DNA of 52,197 nucleotides, from positions 1-52,197 of the IMG/VR virus record IMGVR_UViG_3300011338_000521; one strand, 5' to 3'. This document shows, piece after piece, positions 26,561 through 34,113 of this stretch (positions within the stretch are counted from its first letter, which is position 1; each line of letters starts with the position of its first letter). Source of the stretch: a virus. Lineage: Duplodnaviria > Caudoviricetes. A model generated the notes under the pieces. The model was not told the DNA's origin and ran no database searches. It saw only the letters and a program-made list of their open reading frames with translations. Both the position numbers and the translations under genes were made by a program.

Positions 26561-27271
26561 TTACTCTGGCAGTCCATTGGCTGCACCAGTAGAAATGTTG
26601 CCCCAATAATATTGTCCATCAATTTGGTCAACCAGGCCAACCCCAACTGGTACTGCACAGTTTGATCTATAATATATACCACCCGACTTTAACAACACGC
26701 CAGCAGCATAGGCCACAGTGTTGGTCCATGCAGTCACAAAGAAATTCAAAATACTGCTTTGTGGACCTTCGCCATACAACATAGCATATGGTGGTACCAG
26801 GATGGTATCGGTAATTATGTAATTGCCAGCAGGGAAAAATAAACTTCGTCGAATTTGTGGATTTGCTTGAACACAATACAATTGATAAAGAGCACGATTG
26901 ATTGCTGCGGTATCGTCTGTGACTCCATCACCTTTGGCACCAAAATCAGTTACCACACAATAACTGTCTAGTCTGCTTTGCAAACTTTGGCTTACAGGCG
27001 ATCCCACAGTAGTTCCGGTCTGCACAGCGTATCCTGTGGCAGTTTGTCCTGTGTAAGTGTAGGCAGTTTGTGTGGCCAGAATGTCTGAATATTCTGTTAG
27101 AATTTCTACGTTATTACGCTCGTCGGGCGAGCCTTCGGCCAGTGTACCAGGTCCAATATACAATTGGCGTGTATCTACTGCCCAGCCAAGTTCAGCAGGT
27201 GCTAGGGGTTGCGGAAGATCTTCTTCGAGACCTTTGCGGTTGGTTATTCTTGAGATTTGTACAATTGCCAC
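26561..27271 (-). CDS. N-terminal part of a tailspike/tail-fiber-like protein (virion-anchoring N-terminus + Pectate_lyase_3-like start)
   Basis: RKG..LPQPLAPAELGWAVDTRQLYIG; VTDFGAKGDGVTDDTAAINRA; LFFPAGNY; LYGEG; ends at an in-frame TAA. Confidence 0.8.
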   Translation of the reverse strand: MAIVQISRITNRKGLEEDLPQPLAPAELGWAVDTRQLYIGPGTLAEGSPDERNNVEILTEYSDILATQTAYTYTGQTATGYAVQTGTTVGSPVSQSLQSRLDSYCVVTDFGAKGDGVTDDTAAINRALYQLYCVQANPQIRRSLFFPAGNYIITDTILVPPYAMLYGEGPQSSILNFFVTAWTNTVAYAAGVLLKSGGIYYRSNCAVPVGVGLVDQIDGQYYWGNISTGAANGLPE

Positions 27272-27273
27272 AG

Positions 27274-27301
27274 TGTGATTCCTTGAGGTATCACATATTT
27301 A
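27274..27301 (-). promoter_or_regulatory. Late-type TAAATA promoter followed by an RBS-occluding hairpin
   Basis: TAAATA-tgtgatacc-tcaa-ggaatcaca-ct-GTG. Confidence 0.55.
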
Positions 27302-28007
27302 GCATGTAGTACTGTTCAACCTTTTTCCACCACATGGTGCGATATTTTTCAAATTCCGTGCCTTCTAGCACAAATTCCTGATATTTGGGCTGGCCTACAA
27401 TGTTGTGATTTTCGTCCAAGTCTGGTTTTACACACATCAAAACTACGCCTTTTCGGATACGTGTGCCATGTATTTCGTTATGTGCTTCTGCGTATGCACA
27501 CAGCTGAACAAAATAATCGTCAATCCATTCGCGTTTTTTGGGCTTGTTGGTTTGCTTGTAATCCAAGATGGATTCTTCATTTAAGTGAATACCTGCACCG
27601 TCTGTTGTGCCTGCATACACACCCGGAAAGTACAAGGGTACTTCAATGCCCCAAAATTCATTGACATTAACCAAGCCTTTGTTGATCACTTCTTCTGCCA
27701 TGATATGACTGGGCCAACTGAATGGGTTTGATCCACGAGCTGGTATGGCTCCTTCTCGAATGTACTTTTCAAGATAGGTATGCATTCTAGTGCCACGATT
27801 GGCTGCTTCTGTGGTAATGGCTTGTGCTCGTTCTGCACCCACTGCTCGACGCCAGTTGTGTAAAGCTGCCTTGCTTTCTTCGCTTTTGGTTCGATCTAGG
27901 ATGGTGGTTACGCTGGGCAGTTTGTTGCCATCTGGTGTGGCATAAAATCTTTTACCGTCTATTGTGACCCTGGGTATGGGTTGATAATCAAATTTTGGAT
28001 TGTACAA
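27291..28007 (-). CDS. PD-(D/E)XK exonuclease
   Basis: PSVTTIL, RGTRMH, EVPL, AGTTD, ILDYK, QLCAY; probable TTG start after the iscA stop. Confidence 0.85.
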   Translation of the reverse strand: MYNPKFDYQPIPRVTIDGKRFYATPDGNKLPSVTTILDRTKSEESKAALHNWRRAVGAERAQAITTEAANRGTRMHTYLEKYIREGAIPARGSNPFSWPSHIMAEEVINKGLVNVNEFWGIEVPLYFPGVYAGTTDGAGIHLNEESILDYKQTNKPKKREWIDDYFVQLCAYAEAHNEIHGTRIRKGVVLMCVKPDLDENHNIVGQPKYQEFVLEGTEFEKYRTMWWKKVEQYYMLNM

Positions 28008-28008
28008 A

Positions 28009-28332
28009 TTAAACTCTAAAACTTTCTCCGCATCCACAGCGATCGCGTTCATTGGGATTGATAAATTCAAAGCCTTCGTTGAGACCTTGACGCACATAGT
28101 CTACTGTGATGCCTTTGAGATAGACATCATTTTTCTTATCAACCAGTACCACAAAGTCTTGTTGGGCATAGTTTATGTCAGAATCTGACGGTGTGTATTC
28201 TTGTACGTATTCTAACACATACGCCAAGCCTGAGCAACCGGTAGTTTTAACTCCAAGTCGAATGCCAGCATAGTTTTTGGCTTGCAGTAGTCGTTTTACT
28301 TTGGTGTATGCCTGATCAGTTAGAGAGATCAT
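28009..28332 (-). CDS. iscA: Fe-S cluster A-type carrier IscA
   Basis: GVKTTGCSGLAY...NPN...CGCGESF. Confidence 0.95.
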   Translation of the reverse strand: MISLTDQAYTKVKRLLQAKNYAGIRLGVKTTGCSGLAYVLEYVQEYTPSDSDINYAQQDFVVLVDKKNDVYLKGITVDYVRQGLNEGFEFINPNERDRCGCGESFRV

Positions 28333-28702
28333 GCTTTTTACGATAATCTTCTACAGCGGCCTTTATAGCATCTTCAGCAAGAATAGAACAATGAATCTTG
28401 ACTGGTGGCAGGGAGAGTTCCGTAGCAATCTCTGAATTTTTAATAGTTGCCGCTTGGTCAAGCGTTCGTCCTTTAACCCACTCGGTAACGAGAGAACTGC
28501 TGGCAATCGCACTGCCGCATCCGTATGTTTTGAACCTTGCGTCTGTGATGATGCCATCTTGTACTTTGATTTGCAATTTCATTACGTCGCCGCAAGCAGG
28601 TGCGCCAACCATACCAGTACCAATATCAGTATCACTCTTGTCAAAAGAGCCGACATTCCGGGGATTTTCATAATGGTCAATAACCGATTGACTGTAAGCC
28701 AT
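28316..28702 (-). CDS. iscU: Fe-S cluster scaffold IscU
   Basis: DHYENPRNVG, APACGDVM, GCGSAIASSS, LPPVKIHCS. Confidence 0.97.
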   Translation of the reverse strand: MAYSQSVIDHYENPRNVGSFDKSDTDIGTGMVGAPACGDVMKLQIKVQDGIITDARFKTYGCGSAIASSSLVTEWVKGRTLDQAATIKNSEIATELSLPPVKIHCSILAEDAIKAAVEDYRKKHDLSN

Positions 28703-28865
28703 ATAATTTTGTTTCCTCTATCCAACCTATCAAGCAGTCCCGACCATACTTGTCTTTAAACTTGTTTATGGCGGCAAACTGATTTTCTGCTGCCACTGTG
28801 GCAACATACTGTTTTACAACACCGATGCTATCGGTATATTTGACATAGGCTTTCCAGTGTTTCAT
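28677..28865 (-). CDS. Hypothetical protein
   Basis: 62 aa; ATGA coupling. Confidence 0.65.
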   Translation of the reverse strand: MKHWKAYVKYTDSIGVVKQYVATVAAENQFAAINKFKDKYGRDCLIGWIEETKLYGLQSIGY

Positions 28866-29143
28866 TGACAAGTCCTAGTTCTAGTAATAGTGCCATCTGC
28901 ATGCTGGGTTTCAGTCCAGGGTGTGCAGTTAGCTCTAACAGGCGGCTGAACAACCACTGGAGGTGGTGGAACATAACCGTAATTGTAAACAGGCTCGTAA
29001 TAGTTGCGGGTCAATGCATAACCAATCACTCCGCCAACAATCACCGGTGCCATCCAGTTTCCACCACGTTGATGATGGCGGTGATGTTGTGCCTGAGCCG
29101 ACACAGCTAAAGTTAATAATGCGAGAGCAATGAGTTTTTTCAT
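28862..29143 (-). CDS. Small secreted protein (signal peptide, His-rich and Pro-rich segments)
   Basis: MKKLIALALLTLAVSAQA signal; AGGAGG RBS; PPPPVVVQPP; C-terminal Cys pair. Confidence 0.8.
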   Translation of the reverse strand: MKKLIALALLTLAVSAQAQHHRHHQRGGNWMAPVIVGGVIGYALTRNYYEPVYNYGYVPPPPVVVQPPVRANCTPWTETQHADGTITRTRTCQ

Positions 29144-29161
29144 ACGGGCCTCCTACAGCAT

Positions 29162-29190
29162 AGTATACTATATTTAACGCCTTGTGTCAA
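29162..29190 (-). promoter_or_regulatory. sigma70 promoter with an embedded TAAATA
   Basis: TTGACA-N17-TATACT. Confidence 0.7.
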
Positions 29191-29205
29191 CAATTAGTTG
29201 ACTGG

Positions 29206-29547
29206 TTACATTGGCCGCTTCATGGCCGATTTGGCCATTTTGTTTACCACTTGTTGACTTTGTTGTACTGATAATTTTTCTGGACCGATATCAGCACCTT
29301 TGAATGTGACCATTCCAGAATTTGGATCTAGTGGTTCCAACACACCACTTAGTGGGGGTTGACTCACAATGTCGCCAAGATTTTGACTGGTAATAGGAAT
29401 GCCCAAACTTTGAGCAGCAGAAATAAACGCAGCTTGACTGATTTGTTTTTGAGCATTTGTGTCGCCTGCTCGTCCTGCCAAGAAGTTGACCAACCCTACT
29501 AGTTTGTTAGGGTCGGCACCAGACTGATCAACTTCGTCAATTCGCAT
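29206..29547 (-). CDS. Hypothetical, putative head-associated protein
   Basis: 113 aa with N-terminus MRIDE. Confidence 0.7.
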   Translation of the reverse strand: MRIDEVDQSGADPNKLVGLVNFLAGRAGDTNAQKQISQAAFISAAQSLGIPITSQNLGDIVSQPPLSGVLEPLDPNSGMVTFKGADIGPEKLSVQQSQQVVNKMAKSAMKRPM

Positions 29548-30488
29548 TATCTCTTGGCACGGCCAAGTGCAGCAGAAGAAACAGGACCTGGCTCCTCAGG
29601 AGGAGGTGCAATTTCATCACCAGCAATGCCAGCGGCAGCGTCTAAGTCATCCATGCCAGCAGCAGCCATGTCATCGGCAGCAGCCATGTCACCGCCGGGC
29701 ACGCCGCCCATAGCAGCCATGCCAGCGTCTGGTGGAGGTGTTGCACCGGTTACCACGCCAAGTGCTTGGTCCAGTTGTTGTTTGGCACCTTGGAGATTTT
29801 GTACCAGGCCTGTGAGTGCGGCTGTGGCATCTGTGTTAAACTGAGCAGCTTGATCAATACCCACTTGGTTCTTGATTGAATCAACCAAGGCAGGCAGTTC
29901 TTTGAATTGCATTTCGCTGGCATCTTCCAACATTGATTGCATCTTGTCAACCATGTCTTGTGCAGCCAACACCACTTGGGCTTGTTGCACTTCTGATTCT
30001 TTCAGCATGCGATAAGCATTACGCAGTCGGCTTTCGGCTTGCATGAGAGCAGCACCAGCAACCATCTTTTGTTCATCAGGTGTTAGACTTTGGCCTTTTG
30101 ATGCTTTTTGTAGTGCATTTGCAACTTTAGGATCTTTAAACTTTTGAATGTTCTTGGTCATTGTGCCAGCGGCTTGTGCAGCAGTGGGTGTGCCTGGTGC
30201 GGCCGGGGCGCCTGGTGCAGCGGGTGCAGCAGGCATCATGTTTTCTTTGATCCTAGCAGTCAACGCCTGCTCCATCATCAACAGCTTGAGATATGCTGGA
30301 TTGCGTTCGCTTTGATGGAACGAAGGTTGACGACGAGTTTCGCCTAGTACGCCACGTACACGGCTCAACATCTGTTGAGCTTGCTTGCCAGTAATTTGGT
30401 CAAACTTCATGCGTGAGCCAAAATAGCTTTCGAATACACGGGCTATTTGTTTAGTTGGCTTGGTTGCCGCTAGTTCTTGCAGTTTCAT
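29547..30488 (-). CDS. Putative prohead core / internal head protein
   Basis: MKLQE start, several [LIV]xE sites, helical segments and low-complexity A/P/D/G linkers; upstream TAAATA. Confidence 0.6.
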   Translation of the reverse strand: MKLQELAATKPTKQIARVFESYFGSRMKFDQITGKQAQQMLSRVRGVLGETRRQPSFHQSERNPAYLKLLMMEQALTARIKENMMPAAPAAPGAPAAPGTPTAAQAAGTMTKNIQKFKDPKVANALQKASKGQSLTPDEQKMVAGAALMQAESRLRNAYRMLKESEVQQAQVVLAAQDMVDKMQSMLEDASEMQFKELPALVDSIKNQVGIDQAAQFNTDATAALTGLVQNLQGAKQQLDQALGVVTGATPPPDAGMAAMGGVPGGDMAAADDMAAAGMDDLDAAAGIAGDEIAPPPEEPGPVSSAALGRAKR

Positions 30489-30939
30489 TTTGGAATCCCC
30501 TAAGTTGTATATATTTAGCCGAAATTAAACATTTTTCAAGTTCCTGATCCACCAAGGTGTGCTGTTGAACCTTGGGCTGTAACTTGGTCAATACCACTTC
30601 ACTAAATCCGTTATCGCGGCTGCGATCAGCCATTTGTTGTCTACAGTATATGTCTGCTGACAGTGTTTGTTTTTTGGTGTCCAAAGTCTTAATGCTTTGT
30701 GCCAGTCTAAGCTGATTGTGATTGTCAGCCACGCACCAACTGATTGCTGTGCGTTTGTTGCTGAAAGTGCCTATTAGATTATCGCCTGGTGTGTACACTT
30801 CAAACGCTTGAAATGCCGGACGCAAATGATATCGGCCAAATGCCACATATCCGCCTGATTCATCATTCACAATCATTGTGTGTATGTTGCGACGAACTTC
30901 ACGCTCGGCCCAGCGTTCTAGTTTTTGTTCTCGAGTCAT
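30451..30939 (-). CDS. Hypothetical protein
   Basis: MTREQKLERW...; ATGA overlap. Confidence 0.7.
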   Translation of the reverse strand: MTREQKLERWAEREVRRNIHTMIVNDESGGYVAFGRYHLRPAFQAFEVYTPGDNLIGTFSNKRTAISWCVADNHNQLRLAQSIKTLDTKKQTLSADIYCRQQMADRSRDNGFSEVVLTKLQPKVQQHTLVDQELEKCLISAKYIQLRGFQNETARTSGNQAN

Positions 30940-31199
30940 AATTTGATCAAATGCGCAGCCGCCCAACCCAGAGCGCCCACAAGGGTGGCAATTATGCCCA
31001 CACCCCAACTGAGTAGTCTATCGTTGTTTTTGGTATTGGTGGCTTGTAACATGCCACGCAGTTCGGCTATTACATTAAAAAGAGTAGTGATCTTTTCATC
31101 CATTGACTCTAGCTTGACTTCCAGCAGGCGATACCGCTCAGCACACAATTCAACATGTGCCTCTAGACTTTTCTTTTCAATATCAGTTGTATCAGCCAT
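30936..31199 (-). CDS. Coiled-coil protein with C-terminal TM (holin/XhlA-like?)
   Basis: LEAHVELCAERY coiled coil plus hydrophobic tail; GGGAG RBS; upstream TAAATA. Confidence 0.55.
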   Translation of the reverse strand: MADTTDIEKKSLEAHVELCAERYRLLEVKLESMDEKITTLFNVIAELRGMLQATNTKNNDRLLSWGVGIIATLVGALGWAAAHLIKL

Positions 31200-31211
31200 T
31201 ATTACTCCCGG

Positions 31212-31634
31212 TCATTTATTTATGGTTTCGAACCACAAGTTCTGGTTGGGTCCATTAACAGTCAAACTGGGTTCTAACTGCTCGGCTTCGTTCAAATTGG
31301 TAATCATGGGTATGCCAGCACACTCATTTAGCAGTCCAGTCAAGTCATCAACTTCGCCTGTGGTTGAATATACACCGGCAGTTTCTACTTCAAATTCAAA
31401 CACCCATTGCGTGTCATGCAATCGAGGTAACTGCACAATGTCAGGTTGTGCTCGCAAGCTGATCATTTGTTGCAGAGTTTCCCAGTTGCGTTGTTGGTTC
31501 CTAGCACGATTCCAGTCATCAATATTGCGTATGACTTGACCCACACGATCTTCAAAGGGCATTTGACTTGATCTAAAATGACCAGTAATACCAGTGGGAC
31601 TGCAATCAAATAATGTTCGGCCTTGTATCTTCAT
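31212..31634 (-). CDS. Hypothetical protein
   Basis: MKIQGRTLFDC...NQQRNWETLQQMISLRAQP; TAAATA 8 nt upstream. Confidence 0.75.
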   Translation of the reverse strand: MKIQGRTLFDCSPTGITGHFRSSQMPFEDRVGQVIRNIDDWNRARNQQRNWETLQQMISLRAQPDIVQLPRLHDTQWVFEFEVETAGVYSTTGEVDDLTGLLNECAGIPMITNLNEAEQLEPSLTVNGPNQNLWFETINK

Positions 31635-31655
31635 TCTGTGAGTATTTAACGCCAA

Positions 31656-31687
31656 ACAAAAACCCCGGAGTTTTTAGTTCCGGGGTT
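31656..31687 (-). terminator. Rho-independent terminator
   Basis: aaccccggaa-ctaaaaac-tccggggtt followed by a T-run on the minus strand, after 31707..32108. Confidence 0.85.
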
Positions 31688-31706
31688 GGTTGAATCAAAT
31701 GATTGA

Positions 31707-32108
31707 TTAGGTCGATAGCTTGAAGCCAACGCTTGTGCAACTGTCTAACTGGAAACCAGTGTAGGTAACGTTAGCAGCAGCCAACATTACAGCTGAGGAA
31801 GTGTTGGTGCTGGCGTTAGCAAAAGCGCCTGTTGGGTATGTAGCAACTGAAATTGCAACGCCGTCAACTTGGTACATGGCCACAGTTGAAGTTTGTTGAA
31901 TTGCTTGCAACACGTTAGCAACGTATTCTGTTACGCCGCCTTCGCCGTTTACGCTGGTGTTAGCGACCAAGCGGAAAAAGTCCAGTTTTGGACCTTGTGG
32001 TTGTACAGGTTGACCAGCCAATGAAGTGCTAGGAGCAACTGGACCGTTTTGTGTGTCTAGTGCGAATACTGGTTGTGAATCGCCATTTACGGGTGCAAAA
32101 TATGCCAT
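31707..32108 (-). CDS. Putative virion structural/decoration protein
   Basis: 133 aa, A/T/V/G-rich; own TAAATA, AAGGA RBS and terminator suggest high expression. Confidence 0.6.
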   Translation of the reverse strand: MAYFAPVNGDSQPVFALDTQNGPVAPSTSLAGQPVQPQGPKLDFFRLVANTSVNGEGGVTEYVANVLQAIQQTSTVAMYQVDGVAISVATYPTGAFANASTNTSSAVMLAAANVTYTGFQLDSCTSVGFKLST

Positions 32109-32172
32109 GATAAAAATCCTTTAAAGTTAATGGTCTCGGTGGACCTGCTTTTATTTAGTCTTTTGGCAAAAA

Positions 32173-34113
32173 TTACGTCTGTTGAGGATTGTTTTGTGCG
32201 GCATTTCTAGCAGTGAAATCAAAGCGATTTACTGCTTTAGCATAGCCTGCAGGCGTGGCCATTACCCAGCCTTCGTGCCCAGGATCTTTCAAATCCAAGT
32301 TACGCAAGATGTCTAGCTTTAGATCGTGTAGCAGAATAAACAGGGTAAATGCAGCGGCTAAGCCTTCTGTGTTTGATGCAGGACTCTTTAGATATTCCAC
32401 AATGTTACTAAACTTCTTTGGAGTGACTTTGGTCTGTAACCATTCACCAAAGCCTCCCAATAGATTGTCAAAGTTGCCGCTGGGTTGTTTGATTCTAAAA
32501 TTGATGTAATCCACACATAGTTTGGCCAAGTCTGTAATTTGCATGGCTCTCAGTTCGGCAGGATTAAACAAGGTATCAATAGCAGCGCCTTTGCTGTTGC
32601 GTATTTGTTTGATTTGTTTGATCAATGCTGACTGGCCTTTGGCCTGTGCAGGATCTTGAGGTGCAGTACCTTTACCAAAAATTGGTTCAATCAAAAACAA
32701 TCCTGGAACTTCATTGAATTTTACTCTGCTGAGTGGCTGTTTGGGCTCACCTTGATCAGCATACATGGTATGCATGGCAATGCCTGTGGTGCTGTTGCGA
32801 ATGCGTTGACCCAGTGCGCTCTTGGCAGGTATGCGATATTGCACTGTGTTGGGCTTGAACACAAGATTGCCAGCTTGTTCTTCCCATGGCTGTTGTGGAT
32901 AGTACAACAAGTCACCTTTCACATAACCACGGAAGTTTTCAGGCACAGCCGCTTCTAACTGTGGCCAAAGATCCGCATACAATTGCACCAACTCCCCACG
33001 TTCACCTTTTCTTGTGCTTTGAATCTGTGCCATCATTCGGGGGCTAGTAGCAAGTCCATCGTAGCCCTTGGCTTCAAACCCTGAGCCATCAGTGAGCACA
33101 AACTCTCCTGTGTCGGGCTTGCGGCCAAATATCACAGCCGGTTTGCCGTCCCACTTTACGCTGGTGGTTTTTTGCGGTGCGTCTGCGGCATGCTGGATGA
33201 TGGCCAATGCTTCATCCACACCACGTGAGCCTTTGCGGAATATTAGATCTTCCAAGTGTTCAATGCCCTTGGCTCTGCCACCCACACCAGGCTCTTCTGC
33301 TTCGTAGATTTGATAGGGATTGGCTGCTTCTGTTTCAATCAGTGGCTGCATGCCTTGATTGACAATTCTATCACGTAGCTTGGCTAGGAAGTGTACTTCT
33401 GTATTTTCATTCACAGCACCAGGTTCTTGCAGGCCTTCACGACTTAAATATTCACGGAAGTCAGCCAGCTTGGCATCACGAGCTCGGTCTCGTGCCAAAG
33501 CAGCATAAATGCTTTCCACGTTCTTGAGATTTTCTCGGGTGGCTGTTGTGCCTAGTAATGTTTTGGCCACGTAGTCAGGATCCATACCGCCATCTACCAG
33601 CTGATTGGTAGTACGGCTAAACATGCCGTTGGCACCTACTTTGAGTCCCAATTGTTTGGCAATTGAACTCATCAGCACATTGCGGTTCATGCCTTTGTAG
33701 GCTGAATCGTCTGCACCGCCATAATAAAACTGTCCCCAATCCAAATTGGGAAAGAACATGAAGTCTGTTTGCACATATCCATTTTGAGGATTGCCGTTGA
33801 TGGGTGTGCGCAGGTGTACTTCTCCGCCTTTCTTTACCCAGGCTTTGGGATCTTGTCCGTGGCTTATTGCCCATTGTGTTAGTTTTGCTGTGAGTTGTTC
33901 TTTGGATATTTCACTAGCATCCACTGCCATGTCCATGTCACCTGATGTAGGCTTACGACCAGTTGAGCCTAACCAACGCTCACGTGGAAATTCCAAACCT
34001 GTGAGTGTTTCCAACCATTGCACTGTGGCCGGCACATCGCTTTGATTGATACGGCCGGTGAGTGGGTTGCCGTCAGCATCTTTGAATACATTGCCGCCTT
34101 CTAGTAATCTCAT
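32173..34113 (-). CDS. Fusion: Pol-beta-type nucleotidyltransferase + ATP-dependent (RNA) ligase-like domain
   Basis: N-terminal LGSTG....SGDMD plus VQTD; C-terminal HLED, SVKWDG (KxDG), KGDLL, EGWV, KAVNR. Confidence 0.7.
   Translation of the reverse strand: MRLLEGGNVFKDADGNPLTGRINQSDVPATVQWLETLTGLEFPRERWLGSTGRKPTSGDMDMAVDASEISKEQLTAKLTQWAISHGQDPKAWVKKGGEVHLRTPINGNPQNGYVQTDFMFFPNLDWGQFYYGGADDSAYKGMNRNVLMSSIAKQLGLKVGANGMFSRTTNQLVDGGMDPDYVAKTLLGTTATRENLKNVESIYAALARDRARDAKLADFREYLSREGLQEPGAVNENTEVHFLAKLRDRIVNQGMQPLIETEAANPYQIYEAEEPGVGGRAKGIEHLEDLIFRKGSRGVDEALAIIQHAADAPQKTTSVKWDGKPAVIFGRKPDTGEFVLTDGSGFEAKGYDGLATSPRMMAQIQSTRKGERGELVQLYADLWPQLEAAVPENFRGYVKGDLLYYPQQPWEEQAGNLVFKPNTVQYRIPAKSALGQRIRNSTTGIAMHTMYADQGEPKQPLSRVKFNEVPGLFLIEPIFGKGTAPQDPAQAKGQSALIKQIKQIRNSKGAAIDTLFNPAELRAMQITDLAKLCVDYINFRIKQPSGNFDNLLGGFGEWLQTKVTPKKFSNIVEYLKSPASNTEGLAAAFTLFILLHDLKLDILRNLDLKDPGHEGWVMATPAGYAKAVNRFDFTARNAAQNNPQQT

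Noticed and set aside
26558-26563. Genome-wide stop-codon reassignment
   Set aside because: TAA, TAG and TGA all terminate conserved full-length genes here, and only one in-frame stop was seen.
27291-28007. Cas4-like nuclease suggesting CRISPR
   Set aside because: No four-Cys Fe-S motif, no cas genes and no repeat-spacer array seen; it fits an ordinary phage PD-(D/E)XK exonuclease.
30925-31539. Long antisense ORFs (for example 30925..31539, 49338..49952, 51300..51815, 14625..15116)
   Set aside because: They lie opposite well-supported genes and lack RBSs or recognisable motifs.
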